From NCBI GenBank assembly GCA_944376205.1, contig CALWBV010000001.1:54512-118511 (forward strand): 64,000 bases of DNA. The letters run 5' to 3'. The notes beneath the pieces are model-generated. The model had not been told where the DNA came from, ran no database searches, and saw only the letters and a program-made list of their open reading frames with translations. The stretch comes from an uncultured Christensenellaceae bacterium. GTDB lineage: Bacteria > Bacillota > Clostridia > Christensenellales > UBA3700. Shown here piece by piece: positions 10,181 to 19,444 of the stretch (the first letter of the stretch is position 1; every line of letters begins with the position of its first letter). Position numbers and translations under genes: made by a program.

Positions 10181-11397
10181 TATTCGACGCTGACTTTGAC
10201 GTGCATTTTCTTGCCCTTGTGCAATACAAAGCCGTTAGCCTTTTGACTGTCGCTTATATTGTAAGCTATATCGTCGATCTTTTCTTCGTCGATTTTAACT
10301 CCGCCGCCTGCAATAAGATTTCTGGCTTCGCTCTTGGACTTGCATGCTCCTACGGCTATCATGATATCGAGTATATTTACACAGTCGCTCTTAATTGTTT
10401 TCGAAGGCATATTCTCGCTATCGCCGCCGAATGCCGCAAGCGCCTGCTTTTGAGCAAGTTCCGCTTTCTCCTCACCGTGTACGATTTTAGTGAGTTCGTA
10501 TGCAAGACGCATCTTTGCCTGATTGATTCTTTCGTCTTTATGAGCGCAAAGCTCCTCGATTTCCTCGATAGGCATGTATGTCAAAAGCTTCATACACTTC
10601 TCGACATCGGCATCTGCGGTATTTCTCCAATACTGATAGAATTCGTAAGGAGAAGTCTTTTTCTCGTCGAGCCATACGGCGCCCTTTTGAGTCTTGCCCA
10701 TCTTCTTTCCTTCGCTTGTAGTAAGAAGTTGGAAAGTCATTGCATATGCGTCTTGTCCTTTTTTACGTCTTATGAGATCTGCGCCCGCAAGGATATTAGA
10801 CCACTGGTCGTCTCCTCCGCACTCGAGTTTGCAACCGTATGTCTCGTAAAGATGCAAGAAGTCGTATGCCTGCATAAGCATATAGTTGAACTCCAGGAAA
10901 GACAATCCTCTTTCCATTCTCGTCTTAAAACATTCTGCCGTCAACATCTGGTTTACGGAAAAATGAACGCCGATATCTCTGATAAATTTAATATAGTTGA
11001 GATTATCCAGCCAATCTGCATTGTTGACCATGACAGCGGCATTTTCTCCTTCAAAAGAGAAAAACCTCGACATCTGTTTCTTAAAACATTCGCAGTTATG
11101 CTTTATAGTCTCGTCGGTCATCATCTGACGCATATCGCTTCTGCCCGAAGGATCGCCGATTTTACCTGTGCCGCCTCCGATGAGAACGATAGGCTTATGA
11201 CCTGCCTTTTGCATATAACTCATTACCATAAGTTGCATAAAGTGTCCGACATGGAGACTGTCTGCGGTAGGGTCAAAACCGATATAGAAAGGTACGCTTT
11301 CGCTTCCCAAAAGTTTGTACAAATCTTCTTCCCTTACCACTTGTTTGATAAATCCTCTCTCACGAAGGACATCCATTATGTTTCTTGTGATTTCCAT
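10180..11397 (-). CDS. tyrS: Tyrosine--tRNA ligase
   Basis: [33 protein letters not shown]-terminal S4 domain; start at MEITRN (AAGGA SD). Confidence 0.97.
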   Translation of the reverse strand: MEITRNIMDVLRERGFIKQVVREEDLYKLLGSESVPFYIGFDPTADSLHVGHFMQLMVMSYMQKAGHKPIVLIGGGTGKIGDPSGRSDMRQMMTDETIKHNCECFKKQMSRFFSFEGENAAVMVNNADWLDNLNYIKFIRDIGVHFSVNQMLTAECFKTRMERGLSFLEFNYMLMQAYDFLHLYETYGCKLECGGDDQWSNILAGADLIRRKKGQDAYAMTFQLLTTSEGKKMGKTQKGAVWLDEKKTSPYEFYQYWRNTADADVEKCMKLLTYMPIEEIEELCAHKDERINQAKMRLAYELTKIVHGEEKAELAQKQALAAFGGDSENMPSKTIKSDCVNILDIMIAVGACKSKSEARNLIAGGGVKIDEEKIDDIAYNISDSQKANGFVLHKGKKMHVKVSVE

Positions 11398-11428
11398 TTT
11401 TATTTCCTTATTAACGTTGATTAATGAC

Positions 11429-11457
11429 ATTATAACACCACTTAAGCGCATTGTAAA
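11429..11457 (-). promoter_or_regulatory. SigA promoter of tyrS-yigZ-ilvE
   Basis: TTTACA-N17-TATAAT with extended -10 TG. Confidence 0.7.
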
Positions 11458-11657
11458 TAAAAAAATTCTCACTTTGACAATATTTTTAAGCTAAATCGGG
11501 CTTTTTGAATATTGAGCATACACCTTACGTCCGACTTATAGAAATATGTACTCAAACTATCGGCAAACATATTCTACATACGCTTCGCTCTTTCTTCATA
11601 AAAACATCGGTATAATATAACAGTTTTTGCTTACACTAGGACAAAAGGGAGGATGAT

Positions 11658-12350
11658 ATGACTAAAAAAATCATTATAATTACGATTGTCGTGCTTACGC
11701 TCGGATTATTGATTTTCGCATCATGCGACAAAAAAGGCGAAGCCGGCGACAACGAATATTGTACGATACAGGACTTTCTCAATCTCGACAATTTTACGCT
11801 CCAAAACTCAACAGAGAAAAACTCTGTTTGCAAATACGTTATCAAAGACGGCAGAGTAATGTTTGAAAGCAAATCTTCAAGCGAAGAATACGGCGAAAAT
11901 ACAGTATATTACGTATTCGAGACAACAGCAAGCAAAGCTTATATCGGTTCTGAATGGCAATCTATCGGAACAGATGACGTAGACGACTATCTTTCGTCGA
12001 TAGATGACAGAACGGGACTTGTTTACAACAATTTGCAAGCCAACTATTTTGAAAAAACAAAAGAAAACGTTTACACGATACAAAACGGACATTTCTTCAA
12101 AGAACTCTTCAGACAAAAATACGAAAAGTTTTTCGGCAAAGACTATGACGAAGGCGACTTTATGACCGAATACGAAAAACAAAAAGAGGATCTCTTCGGC
12201 AACATCGACGCATACAACGTACAACTCGATTGTTCCGAAAAAGGTAAAATGACGCTTTCTATAGAAAAACCGACTGACGACGGCAGAGAATACACTTCAT
12301 ATACCTATTCCGATATAGGCAAAACTGAAATCACTCTGCCCGAGGAATAA
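11658..12350 (+). CDS. Hypothetical lipoprotein
   Basis: Signal peptide with lipobox FASC; GGGAGG SD; acidic mature part ending YSDIGKTEITLP. Confidence 0.78.
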   Translation: MTKKIIIITIVVLTLGLLIFASCDKKGEAGDNEYCTIQDFLNLDNFTLQNSTEKNSVCKYVIKDGRVMFESKSSSEEYGENTVYYVFETTASKAYIGSEWQSIGTDDVDDYLSSIDDRTGLVYNNLQANYFEKTKENVYTIQNGHFFKELFRQKYEKFFGKDYDEGDFMTEYEKQKEDLFGNIDAYNVQLDCSEKGKMTLSIEKPTDDGREYTSYTYSDIGKTEITLPEE

Positions 12351-12448
12351 TAATCAATAAGAATGTGCCAAAGCATAAGACAGTTTTATGCCCGCACGTC
12401 AAAACGGAATAAATATCTATAGGATACAGCCTATAAAGCATCCGATAT

Positions 12449-12479
12449 AAAAAACGCAACCCGAAAAGGTTGCGTTTTT
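12449..12479. terminator. Bidirectional intrinsic terminator
   Basis: AAAAACGCAACC-cgaaa-AGGTTGCGTTTTT between convergent genes. Confidence 0.82.
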
Positions 12480-12508
12480 CTTTATTTGCTCTGATACGAT
12501 TTTTGCTA

Positions 12509-15469
12509 TCATAATGCTCTTATGCTTTCGACAGGTTTTTTCTTTGCGTAATTAAATACAGGTATAAATGTCGATACGAAAGCCGTCACAACGGCAATTG
12601 CTATTATCGTGATTATCGACTCGAATCCGAAAATAAACATCTGGAATTCTATTCCCATGCCTTCGGATATCGAATTATTGATATATACGCTCATAATGCC
12701 TGTGATCAATATCGAAAGAATCACGCATACGATTACTACTATTGCCGCTTCGACAAAGAATATCTTGAATACGTCCGTACCTCTTGCGCCGACAGCTCTC
12801 AAGATACCTATTTCCTTTTTCTTTGCAGAGATAGACGCAGCAATAAAGTTGAACAACAGCAACATCGAGAATACCGCAAGCACGAGACCTACCCAAAGGA
12901 ATATTTCAGACAAGGTGCTTACCATATCGCTGTAACCGTCAATATTACTCTTGAGAGAGTTGTTTATAGTGAATTTACTGTCGTCTTCGTATTTTTGTTC
13001 AGAATAATCGATCATATCCAAAATACTTTCGGGAGATCCGCCCGAAGGAACAAATACGCAAGAATATCTATTTTGCTCGATTTTATCCATATCGTATTTA
13101 CAGCTTCTTATTTCGTAATAATCGTTTTCGTAACAATAATCGCAGTAATCGTTAAAATAACTTTCCGACATCAGACAGCTGGGGAGATATTGACCGAAAG
13201 AGAATCCCGCAATCTTCACATTGTCCTTAAAATCTTCGATTTCCATGTAATAACCGATTTGCAATTCAGTATTTTTGCATTCGTCAATATATCCGGAGAA
13301 AATCTCATCTATGATCGGTACGGCAGTTTTAATCATTTCAATCAGCTCCGTAGCGCCCACCTCGTCCGTGAATCCGTTGCTTATTGTATAGACGAGATTA
13401 TAGCATGTCATATTTTTGTATGAAGTTTCTTCGCTATAATATTTGTTATTCAAATCGTAATCGGTCGACGCATTGATTAAATCAGAAATTCCCGAATCGA
13501 TCTTACTGAACAAACTTCTGGTCAGATTTTCGTTTATCAATATTTCGTTTTCTGCCAAAGTATTTGTATTCTTCAAGTTGCCGTTCCAATCGTAATAGCT
13601 TTCGACCAACGATGTTTTATAGATATTGCCTACAGCAGTACTTGAATCTTCCGACAGTTGCAGCCATAAATCCGCTCCCCTTGCAGACATATTATCGGTC
13701 GTAGCATAATATATCGATCCGAATATTTTTTTGAATGTATCGTATGAGTCGCTCGGAATTGCGACGTAAGAATAAAATCTTTCTTCCTTAAGTGCGTCAA
13801 ACTTATCTACCAATTTTTTGTCAGAGGTTGTTTTGAGTGCGTCAAATTCAGAAGGCACATCGTCACACTTAAAGACGCCGCTTACTCTAAAATACGCATC
13901 GAAAATATCGTAATAAGCCGAATTTTCATTCTCAAATTTTAGTATAATGTCGCCGTAATCGTTTACGGTGATTTCGCTTCCGTCTGAAGGATTGCTCAAT
14001 TTACCCTCAACTATACTGTTATACAGAAATTCAGATATAGCAACTTCGTTTTCGTTTTGAGGCGCACCTCCTTTTATATATTCGAGTGCCGACGAACTTT
14101 CTACGAAACCGTAGACTTTATCAGTGTAGTAATCGTCGCTTTCGAGATGCAGATTATCAACGTCAACAGAGAAAATTTTTGTAACTTTTATGATTTTATC
14201 TCCGAATTTTTGACTAAGGAGCTCTATATCCTCATCGCCGAGAGGAGTATTTTCGTAATACGTGCTCTTATAACTGTAATCTTTGCTGTGCCAGTCCGCA
14301 GTCGACATATACTCTTTCTTGAAATTGTAATACTGTGCTCCGTCCTCATAAAGACTTTGCGCAACGGTTTTATCCGCATCGTAATACATAAGACACGACA
14401 AAAGACCGAACATTATAAATGCCACCGTAGACAAAAACAACGTGAGAATAAACCTAAAAGGTTTAGTCTTGATGCCGCTTGCTCCTATCTTGAAAGCATG
14501 CTTGAATTTAAGCTTTGATTTTATAAATTTTCCGCCGTCCTGCGACTCGCTTATCTCGGGTTGTTTGTCAATTTCGACAAAACATTCTTTAGAATTGTCA
14601 TCTTTTATCTTTGCGCTTTTTTTGTACAGCGAAATATCCTCTTTGTTCGTACTGATAAGCACGTCTTCTTTTGAAGACGATATTATCTTTTTTATCTTTG
14701 CGATATCTTTATCCGAAAGTTCAACGCCGCTCTTAATGAGCAACGTATTGTCTTCGAGATAACTTACGTTTTCGCTCTCTTTCTTTGCCGTTATGCTGGA
14801 TTTGACGACATCGCTTATGACCTTGCCGTCTTTGAGTTCGATTATTCTGTCGCCGTATTCCTCGGCAAATTCTCTGTCGTGAGACACTACGATTACTAGT
14901 TTGTCTTCGGACAACTTCTTGAGCGTATCCAACACTTGTTTTCCCGTATTCGAATCGAGCGCTCCCGTAGGTTCGTCCGCCATTATTATTTCGGGATTCT
15001 TGACAAGCGCTCTGGCTATTGCCACACGCTGTTTTTGTCCGCCCGAAAGCGTATTGGGCTTGCGCTTTGCAAAGTCCGTCAAATCCACTTGTTCGAGTAA
15101 TTTTGCAATCTCTTGCTTGTTTTTAGGCTTGCCTTGAAGTTCGAGCGCAAGCGCAATATTATCCTCTACCGAAAATTCATTGAGAATATTGTATTCCTGA
15201 AAAATAAAGCCTACGTACGTATTGCGGTAGCTGTCGAAATCGCCGGCAGAAAAATCTTTACTGCTCTTGCCTTTGACTATGATTTCGCCGCTGTCGGGTG
15301 CGTCGAGACCTCCGCATACGTTGAGGAGCGTTGATTTGCCGCTTCCGCTTCGTCCGAGCAAAAATACCATGCCTTTTTCTTCAAATCGAAGAGAAACGCC
15401 GTCAAGCGCACGTACTTCGGCTCCGCCTTTAGTCTTGTAGACTTTTACTAAATCCTTTACTTCTAACAT
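12509..15469 (-). CDS. Fused ABC transporter ATP-binding/permease, MacB/FtsX type
   Basis: GRSGSGKST Walker A, LSGGQKQR, ADEPTGALD; one TM, a large extracellular region, then an FtsX domain (KEIGILRAVGA). Confidence 0.92.
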   Translation of the reverse strand: MLEVKDLVKVYKTKGGAEVRALDGVSLRFEEKGMVFLLGRSGSGKSTLLNVCGGLDAPDSGEIIVKGKSSKDFSAGDFDSYRNTYVGFIFQEYNILNEFSVEDNIALALELQGKPKNKQEIAKLLEQVDLTDFAKRKPNTLSGGQKQRVAIARALVKNPEIIMADEPTGALDSNTGKQVLDTLKKLSEDKLVIVVSHDREFAEEYGDRIIELKDGKVISDVVKSSITAKKESENVSYLEDNTLLIKSGVELSDKDIAKIKKIISSSKEDVLISTNKEDISLYKKSAKIKDDNSKECFVEIDKQPEISESQDGGKFIKSKLKFKHAFKIGASGIKTKPFRFILTLFLSTVAFIMFGLLSCLMYYDADKTVAQSLYEDGAQYYNFKKEYMSTADWHSKDYSYKSTYYENTPLGDEDIELLSQKFGDKIIKVTKIFSVDVDNLHLESDDYYTDKVYGFVESSSALEYIKGGAPQNENEVAISEFLYNSIVEGKLSNPSDGSEITVNDYGDIILKFENENSAYYDIFDAYFRVSGVFKCDDVPSEFDALKTTSDKKLVDKFDALKEERFYSYVAIPSDSYDTFKKIFGSIYYATTDNMSARGADLWLQLSEDSSTAVGNIYKTSLVESYYDWNGNLKNTNTLAENEILINENLTRSLFSKIDSGISDLINASTDYDLNNKYYSEETSYKNMTCYNLVYTISNGFTDEVGATELIEMIKTAVPIIDEIFSGYIDECKNTELQIGYYMEIEDFKDNVKIAGFSFGQYLPSCLMSESYFNDYCDYCYENDYYEIRSCKYDMDKIEQNRYSCVFVPSGGSPESILDMIDYSEQKYEDDSKFTINNSLKSNIDGYSDMVSTLSEIFLWVGLVLAVFSMLLLFNFIAASISAKKKEIGILRAVGARGTDVFKIFFVEAAIVVIVCVILSILITGIMSVYINNSISEGMGIEFQMFIFGFESIITIIAIAVVTAFVSTFIPVFNYAKKKPVESIRAL

Positions 15470-15686
15470 CGTCCGAGTTTCCCCTTTAATATTTCAATCA
15501 TCTTCTATCACGACATATATGCACAATAGAAAATATACTGCTATCGTTATAATACCATACAAATCAATGTTTTGCAATACCGTTTTTTTGTTTTTATATT
15601 TATTTTCGGTTAAGCCATAATTATATACAAAGTATATATAAAAACCGCATATTGCCGTTTTTTGTTAATTTTTAAGCAAAAATACT

Positions 15687-15716
15687 TTGACAACCGCGCA
15701 CTGCGTGTTATATAAT
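15687..15716 (+). promoter_or_regulatory. SigA promoter of the NifU-like/GGGtGRT operon
   Basis: TTGACA-N18-TATAAT; AAGGAGG SD downstream. Confidence 0.7.
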
Positions 15717-15760
15717 TTTCGTGTTAATTAAATTTATTATTACTCAAGGAGGATTTCCTA

Positions 15761-16453
15761 ATGGAATATTCACATGAAGTCATGAATATGTGCAAGGTTA
15801 CCAAAGGCGCTGACCACGGTCCTGCTCCTATTCCCGAAGAAGGCAAGTGGGTTCAATCCAAGCAAATCAAAGATATCAGCGGTTTGACTCACGGTGTAGG
15901 CTGGTGCGCTCCTCAACAAGGTGCCTGCAAGCTTACTCTCAACGTTAAAGAAGGTATCATCGAAGAAGCTTTGGTTGAAACTCTCGGTTGTTCCGGTATG
16001 ACTCACTCCGCAGCAATGGCTGCAGAAATTCTGCCCGGCAAAACCATTCTCGAAGCTCTCAACACCGACCTCGTATGCGATGCTATCAACACTGCTATGA
16101 GAGAATTGTTCCTTCAGATAGTTTACGGCCGTACGCAGTCCGCATTCTCCGAAAACGGTTTGCCTATCGGCGCAGGTCTCGAAGACCTCGGTAAAGGTTT
16201 GCGTTCGCAAGTCGGCACGATGTACTCTACCGGCGCAAAGGGCGTAAGATACCTCGAGATGGCAGAAGGCTATGTTACACACATCGGTCTTGACAAGGAC
16301 AATCAGGTTATCGGTTACGAATTCGTAAACCTCGGCAAAATGATGGAAGCTATCAAAGGCGGTATGTCCGCTAACGACGCTCTCGTTAAGTTTACCGGCA
16401 GCTACGGCAGATATAAGGAAGCCGTTAAGGTCATCGACCCCAGAAAGGAATAA
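15761..16453 (+). CDS. NifU/IscU-like Fe-S scaffold-family protein
   Basis: GWCAPQQGAC, GCSGMTHSAAMAAE and LVCDAIN give an IscU-like Cys pattern; this type of protein is the usual upstream partner of GGGtGRT proteins. Confidence 0.8.
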   Translation: MEYSHEVMNMCKVTKGADHGPAPIPEEGKWVQSKQIKDISGLTHGVGWCAPQQGACKLTLNVKEGIIEEALVETLGCSGMTHSAAMAAEILPGKTILEALNTDLVCDAINTAMRELFLQIVYGRTQSAFSENGLPIGAGLEDLGKGLRSQVGTMYSTGAKGVRYLEMAEGYVTHIGLDKDNQVIGYEFVNLGKMMEAIKGGMSANDALVKFTGSYGRYKEAVKVIDPRKE

Positions 16454-16467
16454 GGAGGTACATTATA

Positions 16468-17469
16468 ATGGCAGTTACATTCGAAAGCTATGAAAGAAGA
16501 ATAGACAAAATCACAAAGTGCCTCAAAGAGTACGGCATTTCCTCTCTTGAAGAAGCAAGACAAATTTGCCTTGACAAGGGTATCGACGTAGAAGCAATCG
16601 TAAAGGGCGTACAACCTATCGCATTCGAAAATGCAGTATGGGCTTACACCGTAGGTTGCGCAGTAGCAATCAAGAAGAATTGCAAAAAGGCAGCTGACGC
16701 CGCAGAAGCAATCGGTATCGGTCTTCAGAGTTTCTGTATCCCCGGCTCCGTTGCTGAACAGAGAAAAGTAGGTCTCGGCCACGGCAACCTCGCAGCTATG
16801 CTTTTGAGAGAAGAAACCAAGTGTTTCGCATTCCTCGCAGGTCACGAATCCTTTGCTGCTGCTGAAGGCGCTATCGGTATCGCTATGAAAGCTAACAAAG
16901 TAAGAAAACAACCTTTGCAAGTTATCCTCAACGGTCTCGGCAAGGACGCTGCAAAGATCATCAGCCGTATCAACGGATTTACCTATGTACAGACCAAACT
17001 CGACTACTTCACAGGTGAACTCAAAGTCGTAGATACCATTTCTTACAGCACAGGCGAAAGAAGCAAAGTAAGAGTTTACGGCGCTGACGACGTTGTTGAA
17101 GGCGTTGCAATCATGCACCATGAAAACGTAGACGTTTCCATCACCGGTAACTCTACCAACCCTACCCGTTTCCAACACCCCGTTGCAGGTACCTATAAGA
17201 AAGAGTGTATCGAGAAAGGCAAGAAGTACTTCTCCGTTGCATCCGGCGGCGGTACAGGTCGTACCCTTCACCCCGACAATATGGCTGCAGGTCCCGCAAG
17301 CTACGGCATGACCGACACCATGGGCAGAATGCACTCCGACGCACAGTTTGCAGGTTCTTCTTCCGTTCCTGCTCACGTAGAAATGATGGGTCTTATCGGT
17401 ATGGGTAACAACCCTATGGTAGGCGCATCTGTTTCTTGTGCTGTTGCTGTTGAAGAAGCTCTTAAATAA
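16468..17469 (+). CDS. GGGtGRT family protein (function unknown)
   Basis: Contains the eponymous SGGGTGRTLHPDN motif, plus FLAGHESFAAAEGA. Confidence 0.93.
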   Translation: MAVTFESYERRIDKITKCLKEYGISSLEEARQICLDKGIDVEAIVKGVQPIAFENAVWAYTVGCAVAIKKNCKKAADAAEAIGIGLQSFCIPGSVAEQRKVGLGHGNLAAMLLREETKCFAFLAGHESFAAAEGAIGIAMKANKVRKQPLQVILNGLGKDAAKIISRINGFTYVQTKLDYFTGELKVVDTISYSTGERSKVRVYGADDVVEGVAIMHHENVDVSITGNSTNPTRFQHPVAGTYKKECIEKGKKYFSVASGGGTGRTLHPDNMAAGPASYGMTDTMGRMHSDAQFAGSSSVPAHVEMMGLIGMGNNPMVGASVSCAVAVEEALK

Positions 17470-17471
17470 AG

Positions 17472-17598
17472 GCGAGCGCATATAGCGGCGCGCCTTAGCG
17501 AATTTTCTCAAGCAGTTACGCTCGGTCACATACGCCAAGTATGCTCCGCTTGCGAACTCTCTTAAAATTCGCAAAATCACACCACTCTCCGTGCTCGC
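17472..17598. repeat. ERIC/RPE-like palindromic intergenic element
   Basis: Nested inverted repeats GCGAGCGC/GTGCTCGC, GCGAATTTT/AAAATTCGC, CATAC/GTATG; minus-strand core GGAGCATAC-N5-GTATGTGAC resembles the ERIC core GGAGCTTAC-N4-GTAAGTGAC. Confidence 0.65.
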
Positions 17599-18002
17599 AC
17601 GAAGTGGGGAAATAAAAGAAAAACGACCACTCTCCGTACTAACGTGAGGGTGGTTTTTTTATACCTTTCTTTATGTGAGTTACCCACTCTCGGTTAGGTG
17701 AGGTAGTACGCTCCTGTCGCAGTCGGTCTGGAAAAAGTAAAAATCGCACCAATCTCCAAGTGCTCGGCGATGAGAAATCACACCGCTCTCCGTGCTCGCA
17801 CGAAGTGGGGTAATAAAAGAAAAACGACCACTCTCCGTACTAACGTGAGGGTGGTTTTTTTATACCTTTCTTTATGTGAGTTACCCACTCTCGGTTAGGT
17901 GAGGTAGTACGCTCCTGTCGCAGTCGGTCTGGAAAAAGTAAAAATCGCACCATTCTCCAAGTGCTTGGGTATAAGAAATTACACCGCTCTACGTGCTCGC
18001 AC
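17574..18002. repeat. 201-bp tandem repeat, about 2.1 copies
   Basis: Units start at 17574, 17775 and 17976; 17611-17751 is identical to 17812-17952; each unit carries a terminator-like hairpin ACCACTCTC..GAGGGTGGT-T run. Confidence 0.95.
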
Positions 18003-18022
18003 AAGAGTAAGTAACAAAAACT

Positions 18023-18048
18023 AACCGCTCCTTTAAGGGGCGGTTTTT
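18023..18048 (+). terminator. Intrinsic terminator
   Basis: AACCGCTCC-ttta-AGGGGCGGTTTTT. Confidence 0.7.
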
Positions 18049-18230
18049 ACATATCTCTTTTATACATATCATTGATATTAAATACAAACTGCATGCCGCA
18101 ATCGATTTTTCATATCGTTTCAAATTAATGCAATACTTATCATGTCAAATAAAAACCGCAAAATAAATTAGCCGCCCATAAACGGAGCGGCTATTCACTG
18201 CGCATTATTAAAATCTAAATTGTTCTTATC

Positions 18231-18752
18231 TCATTGCAGCATATCCTGTCTGTCTTCTTCGACAATTGCTTCGGATTGTTTTAATTCGTTTAATTGATTT
18301 ACCAGTTGTGCATGTTTCCATGTTTCTATATCTCTAGCCAAATTGTCTGCATTTAATATGCTGTGGTAATACAATCTTTCGCCGTTTGTCAATGCAACCA
18401 TGACTGACCCGTAACATATATTCCGTCTGTCGACTATGCTGGTCGCAGATACAACATCTTGTGCTTTTACCCTCAAAGGCTCGTTTTTAGCTCTGTAAAG
18501 GATAAGTTCGTCACCGTCGATTTCCGCTATTATTTTAGGCGTTTTATTATAGGCCTTCGAGCCTAAAACAACTCCTACAATAATTATTATCATTACTACA
18601 ATGCCAAAAAACCATATTTCGGTAAAACACGATAATATCAATATTGCCAATCCGATGATAGGAGATATGATCATAGCTATCAATCCGACATGTGACCTTT
18701 TAGCTAAAATTTTACGTTGGTTTATGTTTTTACATTCTTTATTATTTGACAT
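18231..18752 (-). CDS. Hypothetical membrane protein, 2 TM plus PH-like domain (paralog of 18820..19353)
   Basis: Two hydrophobic helices, then a beta-rich domain; aligns by eye with the neighbour. Confidence 0.7.
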   Translation of the reverse strand: MSNNKECKNINQRKILAKRSHVGLIAMIISPIIGLAILILSCFTEIWFFGIVVMIIIIVGVVLGSKAYNKTPKIIAEIDGDELILYRAKNEPLRVKAQDVVSATSIVDRRNICYGSVMVALTNGERLYYHSILNADNLARDIETWKHAQLVNQLNELKQSEAIVEEDRQDMLQ

Positions 18753-18819
18753 TTCTCTAACCTTAAATATTTACGCTTATATTATAAATACTATTCAAAA
18801 CGCAAAATCATTTCACTTT

Positions 18820-19353
18820 TTATGAAAAATTTTTACTATTGTCTTCCCCGTCAAGCTGTTGCGTCTTCAACTCATCTATTTGCTTGTTCAAGTTGTATGC
18901 TCTCCATGCGTCAAATTCTTTTCCGCAATTATGCAAATTACCTACCAGCCTATAACGCAATAACGTACCGTCTTTAAGATAGAAGTCAGCACTTCCTATA
19001 CCTCTGTACATATATTGAGAAAAGTTGGTTACATCGTTTGCTTTGACAGTAATAGGCTCTTGTTTACGACGGTAAAAAGTCACGGCATCACCCTTTACAT
19101 GCACCATGACGTTCGGTATTCTCAAATAAAGCACCAAACCGGCTATGCTTATACCGAGAATAATCATACTGAAAAATATGATACCGAAATTATCTTTCAC
19201 CACGCCCAATATGAAAAATATCAATCCGGAAATTAAAAATACAAGTATGTACAATAAATAATATACAGAGCGTTTGAAAAGAATTTCACTGCTATAGCCG
19301 CCTTTTTCATTGAAGTCGGCTTCAAATTTTTCTTGCAAATTATTATCTTCCAT
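18820..19353 (-). CDS. Hypothetical membrane protein, 2 TM plus PH-like domain
   Basis: Start MEDNNL with GGGGAG SD; GDAVTFYRRKQEPITVKANDV versus GDELILYRAKNEPLRVKAQDV in the paralog. Confidence 0.7.
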   Translation of the reverse strand: MEDNNLQEKFEADFNEKGGYSSEILFKRSVYYLLYILVFLISGLIFFILGVVKDNFGIIFFSMIILGISIAGLVLYLRIPNVMVHVKGDAVTFYRRKQEPITVKANDVTNFSQYMYRGIGSADFYLKDGTLLRYRLVGNLHNCGKEFDAWRAYNLNKQIDELKTQQLDGEDNSKNFS

Positions 19354-19444
19354 AATCTCCCCTTTCTCCCATGGTTTTATATATAATAACACGCTAGAAG
19401 TTTTTTGTCAACATAAATATCTGTTCGTTATTCTGTTAAAAATC

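Noticed and set aside
10201-11424. 407-aa ORF antisense to tyrS (similar cases at 16402..17580, 33802..34743, 39597..40610, 43189..44238, 59413..60375)
   Set aside because: Shadow ORFs opposite well-conserved genes, explained by codon bias; no recognisable motifs
17574-18002. Repeat region as a CRISPR array
   Set aside because: The sequences between repeats are themselves duplicated rather than unique spacers, the period is 201 bp, and there are no cas genes in the window
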